Of a stretch of 64,000 nt of DNA, positions 49,253 through 57,520 are shown piece by piece. Numbering within the stretch: position 1 is the first letter of the stretch; each line of letters opens with the position of its first letter. Origin of the DNA: Flavobacteriaceae bacterium (GTDB taxonomy: Bacteria > Bacteroidota > Bacteroidia > Flavobacteriales > Flavobacteriaceae); assembly GCA_016779985.1 (NCBI GenBank), contig JADHMP010000010.1, positions 15,481 through 79,480 on the forward strand, in the 5' to 3' direction. The translations under genes were made by a program, and so were the position numbers. A model generated the notes under the pieces. That model was not told the DNA's origin. It did not search any database and worked only from the letters and a program-made list of their open reading frames with translations.

Positions 49253-50176
49253 TTATTCTAATAAACTGCCATTATAATAACTAATCTCACTGGTAATTTT
49301 TCCATCGTTATTGAAAGTGTGTTGGAGATGAACAGAAAGTTTGATGCGTTTATCTGTTTTCTTTTCCTTAAGGCGATACGTCCACCAAGATATAACAACA
49401 TGTTGTGACCCTTCGTAGTCAAGTAGATCAGGATACCCAACCTCATCAATAGATTCTATTTCAAAACGCTCAAGCCCGCTTTTTAGGGATGCTTTATTTT
49501 CTTCCAGACTCAGAAAGGTGCCATAGGGCATATTGATGTCATAAAAACGAGAAGTATCTGTAAAGTCTTCAAAAATCGAATCAAAATTTCCAAGCTCAAG
49601 ATGAGCAAGCATTTTTCTGACCTTTGAAATGTCTGGATGCCCTTTATAAAGGGTGCCATTTGTCATTGTTTCAAAGGTCTCTTGATATTTTTGGAAAAGA
49701 CGCATATTGGTTTGAATCAATACGTTTTTGATTTTAGTTCCTTCCTTATTGAAGAAAAAAGTACAATCAAAGGGCATGTCGAATTTGAATCCAGTGGTTT
49801 TGTCAAAACCTCTAAATACATCAAAGGTATAGACCACTAGACCACTGCGTTTATACTCCAAAGCATCTGGATATGAACTTCCTCTTCTGTTTAGTGAAAA
49901 ACCCAATAAATTCGAGCTCCAGTATTTAGACTGATTGACAAAAACATCAATAGAATTTCCTTTATCGTCTTTGTTGGTTGTGAGCGCATTGTAGGCAATA
50001 AAGTCATCAGTAGCCATGCTTCTTAATTTGTTTTCATCACCTGCCACATAGGCTTCCAAAAAAGATTCAGCAAAATCAATGGCGGGATGTTCATCATAAA
50101 TTTTGCCATTGTTGTTTTTCTGCGCTTGAAGCCCTGTGAGTAATAAGAATAAAAATAAATAAAGTGATTTTTTCAT
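49253..50176 (-). CDS. Secreted hypothetical protein, possibly tandem NTF2/SnoaL-like domains
   Basis: 307 aa with a signal peptide. The FLEAYVAGDENKLRSMATDDFIAYN pattern resembles the SnoaL-like N-terminal helix. Tentative. Confidence 0.5.
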   Translation of the reverse strand: MKKSLYLFLFLLLTGLQAQKNNNGKIYDEHPAIDFAESFLEAYVAGDENKLRSMATDDFIAYNALTTNKDDKGNSIDVFVNQSKYWSSNLLGFSLNRRGSSYPDALEYKRSGLVVYTFDVFRGFDKTTGFKFDMPFDCTFFFNKEGTKIKNVLIQTNMRLFQKYQETFETMTNGTLYKGHPDISKVRKMLAHLELGNFDSIFEDFTDTSRFYDINMPYGTFLSLEENKASLKSGLERFEIESIDEVGYPDLLDYEGSQHVVISWWTYRLKEKKTDKRIKLSVHLQHTFNNDGKITSEISYYNGSLLE

Positions 50177-50314
50177 TGGTATTTGTGTTTATAGTTATAT
50201 CCAAATGTAGAATATTTTAGCCTCCAAAAAAATAGGATTTTTTAATTTTTTTTATCTCAAGGTAAATGTAAGGAAGACAAATTCTCTATTGTACATCGTT
50301 TTTAGATAAAAAAA

Positions 50315-52483
50315 TTATAGATCGAAAAGATATTGAAACTTAAAATAAAGTTGTGAATCTTCTCGACCAAAATTTGTTGTAGGTTCAACTCTCGAATACC
50401 CGTTCGTCCCACCAATATAAAAAATCGTAAATGGATTTGGATTCCATTTCAGTAGGGGTTGAATAAAAAAGACTTGGTCAAAGTCATTGTATTCTCCGAT
50501 TAGTCTAAAGGAGAGATTTTTATTAAACTGAAAGTTAATATTTACACGGCCAATATACCCCTTGAAATAGAGATTGCGATCTTCTTTTGATCTCAATTCA
50601 GAATATCGAATACTCGGATTTAGGCTTAGTTTAGGACTCAATTGAAAGTTATTAAATGTCCCAAAGAAGAGCGCATTCCCTACGGCAGGCTTATCTTCAT
50701 CATAACGAATGGATTCATCAAATGAAACAAAGGCTCGCATATTAATTTTTTCAGAGGGGTTATAACCGTTAAAAAAATTTATTCCTGTCATATTACGACC
50801 AAAGAACCCTGCAAATTCTTCGTTTACAACATGATAAATATTTAGCCCAGTTCTAAAACTTCCTTTCCATTGAATAAAAAGATCATTATATATATCAAAA
50901 TATTTTCTAAGTTGGTTGTAATTGAAAATGAATTCTGACCCTAGACTAACATTTAATTGCTGTACCAAACCCTCTTTCTTTTTGGGAAAATAGGTGTAAG
51001 AGTGATTAAATTCAATGTTTCGAATGCTGTTTTGAGTGACAAATCCAAGCGGGGCGTTATAATTTGGCGAATATTGTAAATAGCTTAGCGTGGTATTCCA
51101 ATTTCGAGTATTTCGTTTTAAAGAAACGAGCGAAGCATCCCCTTGTTTTTTTTCTCCATCGAGAAGAATCGATTTACCACGTATTATTTCATCGCCTTCT
51201 ATCCAATCTGCATTAGGTTCTACAGAAAGACTTTTATTAAATTCAAAATTGAGGGTATAGAGTTCTGCAAAACGCAAAAGACCATTTAACCCAAAAACAT
51301 GACCATTTCCTCCTCCTTCGAACACTCTGTTTGTTGACAAGAGTCCGATATAAGACCCCTTTTTGAATGTTCTTTGATAGCTAAAAATATTAGACAACGC
51401 TTTTCCACCTTCACCGGTTGTCGATCCATTTTCACCAGCAATTAGAATGGGTGATGATTGATCATAGGCTGCTAACCAATAAACCCTTTGTTTATCTCCT
51501 TGATGAATGAGTTTGATGGAAGCTAAAGGATCATTTATTGTTCTCGTGTAAACTGTATTTAAATTAGAATTTATAATTTCATTTCCTTCGTTAAAATAAG
51601 GTCTTCGCTCTGGAAAAAACAAAGCAAATGTGGTGTTAGCAGTGACTTGTGACACGTCTGCCTCTACTTGTGAAAAATCTGGATTCAACGCAAATTCTAA
51701 TGAAGTCATACTGTTTAGGTCAAATAGACCGCTGAGCCCCAAGGTACCCTGCGGTTTTCCATAACTAAAAGTAGTATTAGCCTTTTCGCCCGAAAGACCC
51801 CCATATACATAAGGCAGAAGGTTTATTCTATTTTTGGATTTTACATTTTTTAAGATAATTTCTTCAGGCGTTTGACAAATAATACATGGATTATTTCTAT
51901 CGATGGGAAAATTGATGCTCTGACTCCGGGTATCTTCTGTATAGGTGGTTCTTGCGAAAACTACTTTCCATTTCATTTCCTCAGCAGCCTTAAATTGTAA
52001 ATTAGAAAATGGAATTTTTAATTCTACATGATACGCATTAGGATGTTTTGATGCTTTAGACTCAAAGTTGACGTCATAATTGTCTTCTCCCCCTGTGGGT
52101 AATATTTTAATATCCATTTGATTTCCCTCTGGATTAGCTCCCAAGACAATCATATATCGACCATCACCATAGGTATCAAAACCTATTAGAACATTATCGT
52201 CTTGAAAACCTTCATCCCTATTTCTAATAGAAGAGCGAAGAGTTGACATTTCAGCTTCTGCAACAAATCCAATGTAAAGATCAGTACTAGAGTAGGTTGC
52301 ATAAGCAGTTGTTTTTTGTGGTGCAGGTGAATTGTCACCTGGTTGAACTTCATATTTAATTGAAAACTGTTGTGCTTCACTCCATTCAGAGGCATTGACA
52401 ACACCGTCAAACTCTGGTAAGGTCGTTTGAGCATGAATGAAGGATAAAAGCAATGGGGATAGGTAGGCTGCTATTTTGTTCAT
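50315..52483 (-). CDS. CBM9-like N-domain plus large beta-barrel protein (DUF5916-like)
   Basis: 722 aa with a signal peptide. The N-terminus (DGVVNASEWSEAQQF...TDLYIGFVAEAE...DDNVLIGFDTYGDGR) resembles CBM9/DOMON-type modules. The remainder has alternating beta-strand patterns rich in aromatic, G and N residues. Confidence 0.55.
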   Translation of the reverse strand: MNKIAAYLSPLLLSFIHAQTTLPEFDGVVNASEWSEAQQFSIKYEVQPGDNSPAPQKTTAYATYSSTDLYIGFVAEAEMSTLRSSIRNRDEGFQDDNVLIGFDTYGDGRYMIVLGANPEGNQMDIKILPTGGEDNYDVNFESKASKHPNAYHVELKIPFSNLQFKAAEEMKWKVVFARTTYTEDTRSQSINFPIDRNNPCIICQTPEEIILKNVKSKNRINLLPYVYGGLSGEKANTTFSYGKPQGTLGLSGLFDLNSMTSLEFALNPDFSQVEADVSQVTANTTFALFFPERRPYFNEGNEIINSNLNTVYTRTINDPLASIKLIHQGDKQRVYWLAAYDQSSPILIAGENGSTTGEGGKALSNIFSYQRTFKKGSYIGLLSTNRVFEGGGNGHVFGLNGLLRFAELYTLNFEFNKSLSVEPNADWIEGDEIIRGKSILLDGEKKQGDASLVSLKRNTRNWNTTLSYLQYSPNYNAPLGFVTQNSIRNIEFNHSYTYFPKKKEGLVQQLNVSLGSEFIFNYNQLRKYFDIYNDLFIQWKGSFRTGLNIYHVVNEEFAGFFGRNMTGINFFNGYNPSEKINMRAFVSFDESIRYDEDKPAVGNALFFGTFNNFQLSPKLSLNPSIRYSELRSKEDRNLYFKGYIGRVNINFQFNKNLSFRLIGEYNDFDQVFFIQPLLKWNPNPFTIFYIGGTNGYSRVEPTTNFGREDSQLYFKFQYLFDL

Positions 52484-52626
52484 TTAGGTGGATTCTAATA
52501 GCAAGACACATTTTGCCTTTAAATGTTACATTGTATGCTGTTAATTTTTGAAACCACTAATTTTAAGATGATTTTTTAAATAAAAAGTATACATTGTTAT
52601 TTGCTAATGTCATTATTATCCAGTCA

Positions 52627-54060
52627 ATGAAGTCATTCAAAATAATATTCTTATTTGTATGGTTTAGTTTTTTTGTATTGATTACTAGTTGTGCTAAAGA
52701 ACAGCAGGACACAAAACAAAATATTCTATTGATATGTGTAGACGATCTACGTCCAGAATTGAAAAGTTTTGGTGCGAACTACATCATTGCACCAAATATT
52801 GATCAACTGGCCAAAGAAGGAATTTCTTTTCAGAAGCACTTTGTAAATGCTCCAAGTTGTGGCCCCTCAAGATATACGTTATTAACGGGTCAATATGGAA
52901 CAGTAGAGAATGACGCCCTTTTTTTGAGGGCTAAAAAAATTAGAGAAAACAATGGAGTAGTACCCAAGAGTATGCCAGAATGGTTCAAGTCTAATGGCTA
53001 TACAACAGTTGCTGTAGGTAAAGTTTCCCATCACCCGGGTGGAAGAGGAGGAGTTGATTGGAATGACTCTACAGCGCTTGAAATGCCAAATGCATGGGAT
53101 AAACATCTTCTTCCAGTGGGGGTATGGAAACATCCTCGTGGAGTGATGCATGGGTTGGCTAACGGAGAAATTCGGATCAATGCAGGGGATATGGATGTTT
53201 TCCAACATGCAAAAGGGAGTGACAACAGCTATCCAGATGGTTTAATTGCCAATGAGGCGATTAGTCAACTTGAAGCACACACAGTAGCATCGGATGCTCC
53301 ATTTTTTCTTGCTGTTGGAATCATCAAACCTCATCTGCCTTTCGGAGCGCCAAAATCATATTATGATTACTATGAGGAGGTCACACTTCCAGAAATAGAG
53401 CATCCTGAAAAGCCAAAAGGAAAAACGACATGGCACCCTTCTGGAGAATTCATGAAATACAACCGATGGGATAAAAATCCAAACACTAATAGCGCCTTTG
53501 CAGAGGAGGTCAGACGTCATTATGCAGCTGCCATAAGTTATGCAGATGCTCAAATAGGAAAAATCATGAGCGCCTTAAAACGATCAGGCGCCTATAAAAA
53601 TACTATAGTGGTACTTTGGGGAGATCATGGTTGGCATTTGGGGGAACATGCCATATGGGGGAAGCACAGTTTGTTTGAAGAATCTTTACATTCTCCTTTA
53701 ATTATTCGATATCCAAAAATGAAAAACAAAGGGTTCAAAACGAATGCTATTGTTGAGACACTTGACCTTTTTCCAACATTAACAGATTTAGCAGGAATAG
53801 AAACACCATCCTATGTACAAGGCGTTTCATTAAGGTCAATTTTACTAGATCCTTCAAGTGCTGGTCATATGGCTTTTGCTTACAAAAATAAGGCTTCAAC
53901 CATTAGAACTGCTACCCATAGATTGATTTTACACAAAGACGGTTTCGTAGAATTATACAACCATCAATCACTTGATAAGGAAACAGTGAATGTGGCAGAT
54001 CAAAATCAAGAATTGGTCGATGAGTTAAAAAAGAAATTGAAAGAAAGAGAAGACCTTTAA
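52627..54060 (+). CDS. Formylglycine-dependent sulfatase (iduronate-2-sulfatase-like), lipoprotein
   Basis: Lipobox [14 protein letters not shown], the active-site [13 protein letters not shown] and [14 protein letters not shown]. The ATG at 52627 is preferred to the TTG at 52594. Confidence 0.88.
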   Translation: MKSFKIIFLFVWFSFFVLITSCAKEQQDTKQNILLICVDDLRPELKSFGANYIIAPNIDQLAKEGISFQKHFVNAPSCGPSRYTLLTGQYGTVENDALFLRAKKIRENNGVVPKSMPEWFKSNGYTTVAVGKVSHHPGGRGGVDWNDSTALEMPNAWDKHLLPVGVWKHPRGVMHGLANGEIRINAGDMDVFQHAKGSDNSYPDGLIANEAISQLEAHTVASDAPFFLAVGIIKPHLPFGAPKSYYDYYEEVTLPEIEHPEKPKGKTTWHPSGEFMKYNRWDKNPNTNSAFAEEVRRHYAAAISYADAQIGKIMSALKRSGAYKNTIVVLWGDHGWHLGEHAIWGKHSLFEESLHSPLIIRYPKMKNKGFKTNAIVETLDLFPTLTDLAGIETPSYVQGVSLRSILLDPSSAGHMAFAYKNKASTIRTATHRLILHKDGFVELYNHQSLDKETVNVADQNQELVDELKKKLKEREDL

Positions 54061-54100
54061 AATTGGCGGGGAATAAATAGAGTATTTATTTTATATCTAT

Positions 54101-55612
54101 TTATTGATTCATGGAAATCAAAAACTCTTCATTGCTTTGGGTTCTTTTAAAGCGATCGTTAATAAACTCCATAGCTTCCACAGGATTCATATCGGCTAAA
54201 TATTTGCGCATAATCCACATGCGTTGAATCGTATTTTCGTCTAATAATAAGTCATCTCTTCTAGTGCTAGAAGAAATTAGGTCTATAGCAGGGAAAATTC
54301 TTCGGTTAGCAATTCTCCTATCGAGCTGTAATTCCATATTTCCGGTTCCTTTAAACTCTTCAAAGATCACTTCATCCATTTTAGAGCCAGTTTCTGTGAG
54401 TGCTGTGGCTATGATTGAAAGCGAGCCACCTCTTTCTATATTTCGTGCTGCTCCAAAAAAGCGCTTAGGTTTGTGCAAAGCATTAGCGTCAACACCGCCA
54501 CTCAATATTTTTCCAGAGGCAGGTTGCACTGTATTGTAAGCTCGAGCGAGTCGCGTAATAGAATCCAAAAGGATCACCACATCATGCCCACATTCAACCA
54601 ATCGTTTTGCTTTTTCCAACACAATATTGGCCACCTTAACATGTCGATCTGCCGGCTCGTCAAATGTTGAAGCGACAACCTCTCCATCTACATTTCGTTG
54701 CATGTCAGTCACTTCTTCTGGACGCTCATCAATAAGTAAAATTAATTGATACACTTCAGGATGGTTGGCTGCAATGGCATTGGCAATGTCCTTTAGGAGC
54801 ATTGTCTTTCCTGTTTTGGGTTGTGATACAATCATGCCACGTTGTCCTTTTCCAATGGGTGAGAACAAATCCATGATCCTTGTGGAGATTGTGCTTTTTT
54901 GTTCTGCTAGTCTGAATTTTTCTTGTGGAAATAGTGGCGTTAGATGTTCAAAAGAAACTCGGTCACGCACCAATTTTGGCTCCAACCCATTGATGAAATC
55001 AACCTTAATGAGTGGAAAATACTTCTCTCCCTCCTTGGGAGGTCGAACAGAGCCCAAAACAGTGTCCCCGGTTTTTAGCCCAAATAGACGAATCTGAGAC
55101 TGTGAAACATAAACATCATCGGGGGATGAAAGATAGTTGTAGTCAGAAGAGCGTAAAAAACCATAGCCCTCAGACATGATCTCAAGTACACCCTCGGTAG
55201 TAACTATACCATCAAATTCAAAATCGGGTTCTCTATATCGGTTTCGATTATCTTTATTGTGGTTAACCTCTCCTTTAAATTTCTTGTTTTTATTCTTTCC
55301 ATTATTGTTGTTGTTGTGAGGCCGATTATCGAATTTTCCGTTATTTTTTTGCTCTTTAGGAAGCGGTTGGTTGTTTTTTTTGACGGGTTGAATGGGCTTT
55401 ATGATCGGAAGACTTTCTTTCTTTATCGGTTCTGCTGGTTTGATTTCATTAGATGAAGAAGAGGCTTCTTGTGGATTGGCCGCAACATGATCGATGATTT
55501 GATAAATCAAATCCATCTTTTTTAAACCTGTTATTCTTTTTACACCAATGGTTTTGGCCATTTCTTGTAATTCAGGGAGTTTCTTGGTTCTTAAAGAAGC
55601 TATTTCGTACAT
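54101..55612 (-). CDS. rho: Transcription termination factor Rho with an N/K-rich N-terminal insertion
   Basis: 503 aa with an N-terminal Rho_N helix bundle ([14 protein letters not shown]), a CSD-like EGYGFLR motif, Walker A QPKTGKT, and Q- and R-loops. Confidence 0.95.
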   Translation of the reverse strand: MYEIASLRTKKLPELQEMAKTIGVKRITGLKKMDLIYQIIDHVAANPQEASSSSNEIKPAEPIKKESLPIIKPIQPVKKNNQPLPKEQKNNGKFDNRPHNNNNNGKNKNKKFKGEVNHNKDNRNRYREPDFEFDGIVTTEGVLEIMSEGYGFLRSSDYNYLSSPDDVYVSQSQIRLFGLKTGDTVLGSVRPPKEGEKYFPLIKVDFINGLEPKLVRDRVSFEHLTPLFPQEKFRLAEQKSTISTRIMDLFSPIGKGQRGMIVSQPKTGKTMLLKDIANAIAANHPEVYQLILLIDERPEEVTDMQRNVDGEVVASTFDEPADRHVKVANIVLEKAKRLVECGHDVVILLDSITRLARAYNTVQPASGKILSGGVDANALHKPKRFFGAARNIERGGSLSIIATALTETGSKMDEVIFEEFKGTGNMELQLDRRIANRRIFPAIDLISSSTRRDDLLLDENTIQRMWIMRKYLADMNPVEAMEFINDRFKRTQSNEEFLISMNQ

Positions 55613-55630
55613 AAAAATTTAATAGGAAAA

Positions 55631-55638
55631 CAAAAATA
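55631..55638 (-). promoter_or_regulatory. Candidate -7 promoter element (TATTTTTG on the minus strand) upstream of rho
   Basis: Exact TAnnTTTG match 18 nt upstream of the rho ATG. No supporting -33 box was checked. Confidence 0.3.
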
Positions 55639-55747
55639 TGAAGAGGTAATATTATCTTCTGTAGAACAGAAGTTCACAACAATAATACAAATTTTATGTT
55701 AAAAAAAAGCAATTTTAAAAAAAACTTAATTTTGTAAAAAAATTATC

Positions 55748-56125
55748 ATGATCGAGCGCCTGCAAACCCTTTATTTATTTTTAGTCTTTCTTTTCTCTTG
55801 TGGGTTGTTTTATTATTCTACTGGCGAAAATACTACTACCCTTTTTTCTAGTTATTATGGATTTATTTTTTCTCCTATTGTTTCCATCATCACAATAGTG
55901 TTGTTTAAAAAGCGCCCTTCACAAATTTTTTTATGTTTTGTTTTACTTCTTTTGCAAGCAATTCAAATTGGTTTTTATATAAAAGCTTTTCAACCCACAG
56001 CTGGTTTTGGTTGGACAGAATATGTGGTTGTCTTTTCTTTGATAAACTTTATTTTAATAACCTTGGCTCGACGAGGGATTAGAAAAGATGAAAATTTAGT
56101 GCGTTCAATTGACCGCATTCGATAA
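55748..56125 (+). CDS. Small 4-TM membrane protein (DUF4293-like)
   Basis: 125 aa with N-terminal MIERLQTLYLFLV and four hydrophobic segments. Divergent from rho, as I recall for flavobacterial DUF4293 genes. Confidence 0.55.
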   Translation: MIERLQTLYLFLVFLFSCGLFYYSTGENTTTLFSSYYGFIFSPIVSIITIVLFKKRPSQIFLCFVLLLLQAIQIGFYIKAFQPTAGFGWTEYVVVFSLINFILITLARRGIRKDENLVRSIDRIR

Positions 56126-56647
56126 TGCCCCTCTCAATCCTATTTCAATAGCTTCTAAATTATTGATCTTTCCGTTCGTAATTTCAAATCTCAAAAGAGT
56201 TTTGATTTTATGAAAACCAATATTACCAGCCGCACCTGGGTTCATATGAAGATGACCATTTTTTTTGTCTTGCATTACTTTTAAAATGTGTGAATGTCCA
56301 CATACAAATAGGTTGGGCTGATGTTTTTGAATGAGTTCTTTAGCCTTGACGCCATAGCGACCTGGATACCCCGCAATGTGAAGCATCAAAACAGACAAGC
56401 CCTCGCAATTAAAAGATAAATATTCTGGTGCTACTAGTCTTATTTTGTAACTATCAATGTTTCCATAAATAGCCTTAGTTGGTTTAGAGGCTTCTAGAGT
56501 CTTTAAAACATCCAATTTTCCAATATCACCTGCATGCCAAACCTCATCTGTATTTTTAATATAAGGCATGATTTTCTCATCTAAATGCCCGTGTGTATCG
56601 GAAAGCAATAATATCTTTTTCACTTCTTGAAAGTAGAGGTTATTCAT
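56105..56647 (-). CDS. Metallophosphoesterase, YfcE/MJ0936 family
   Basis: 180 aa with motifs LLLSDTHGH, VWHAGDIG and VCGHSH. Confidence 0.8.
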   Translation of the reverse strand: MNNLYFQEVKKILLLSDTHGHLDEKIMPYIKNTDEVWHAGDIGKLDVLKTLEASKPTKAIYGNIDSYKIRLVAPEYLSFNCEGLSVLMLHIAGYPGRYGVKAKELIQKHQPNLFVCGHSHILKVMQDKKNGHLHMNPGAAGNIGFHKIKTLLRFEITNGKINNLEAIEIGLRGALSNAVN

Positions 56648-56770
56648 TCAAGTATAGTTCAAAAATATTTCATTACCCTTTTTAGTGGAAATTGTTTTAA
56701 AAAAAGCTTCAACAATTTTTTGAGGGGCAAGCCAAAAACCCGATATCTTTGATACATTAAGAAAAGTAAG

Positions 56771-57520
56771 GTGCGCTATTTTTTGGAATTTTCATACGCT
56801 GGAACACATTATCATGGGTGGCAACGTCAATCCAATGCAGTTTCTATTCAAGAAACAATGGAAAATATGCTCACTACTTTTTTCAAAAAACCAATTCCTT
56901 TAGTAGCGGCTGGTAGAACAGACACTGGTGTTCATGCGCAACAGATGTTTGCTCATTTTCAAGTTATAAATCCTATCAAAGATCATATTCAATGGCTTTA
57001 TAGGGCCAATCAATTTTTGCCCAATGACATAGCAGTTCAACACCTACTTAGGGTAAATGAAGAGGCCCACGCCCGTTTTGATGCTATTGCAAGAACGTAT
57101 CAATATCATATAAAAAATATAAAGTCACCTTTTCAAAACGAATTACATTATTGTTTATATCAAGACTTAAGCCTTGACAAAATGAATAAGGCCGCCCAAA
57201 TACTTATGGAATATGAAGACTTTGAATGTTTTTCAAAATCGAACACTGACGTAAAAACATTTTTGTGTAAGATAAGTTCAGCAAAATGGGAGAAAACAAA
57301 AAACGGTTATATCTTTACCATCACAGCTAATCGTTTTTTACGTAATATGGTCAGAGCTATTGTGGGGACATTAATAGAAATAGGCCTTAATAAGAAAACA
57401 ATAGAAGATTTGCACAATATCATTCAATCTAAAAACCGCTCAGAGGCGGGCTTTTCTGTCCCTGCCCGAGGTTTATTTTTGACCCAAATCACCTATCCTG
57501 AAAGTGTTTTTATTAAATGA
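56771..57520 (+). CDS. truA: tRNA pseudouridine(38-40) synthase
   Basis: 249 aa with YAGTHYHGWQRQ and the catalytic Asp motif AAGRTDTGVHA. GTG start. Confidence 0.9.
   Translation: MRYFLEFSYAGTHYHGWQRQSNAVSIQETMENMLTTFFKKPIPLVAAGRTDTGVHAQQMFAHFQVINPIKDHIQWLYRANQFLPNDIAVQHLLRVNEEAHARFDAIARTYQYHIKNIKSPFQNELHYCLYQDLSLDKMNKAAQILMEYEDFECFSKSNTDVKTFLCKISSAKWEKTKNGYIFTITANRFLRNMVRAIVGTLIEIGLNKKTIEDLHNIIQSKNRSEAGFSVPARGLFLTQITYPESVFIK

Noticed and set aside
54072-54090. AATAAATA-GAG-TATTTATT hairpin between the last sulfatase and rho as a bidirectional terminator.
   Set aside because: The stem is 8 bp of A/T only with a 3-nt loop and is thermodynamically weak. I could not support it as a functional terminator.
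33817-54100. Integrated mobile element or prophage at tRNA-Ser, with att direct repeats.
   Set aside because: No integrase, transposase, phage or conjugation gene is present. The only shared strings between the two borders are short (AGAGTATTT, GGGGAAT), occur in different order, and are expected by chance in AT-rich DNA.
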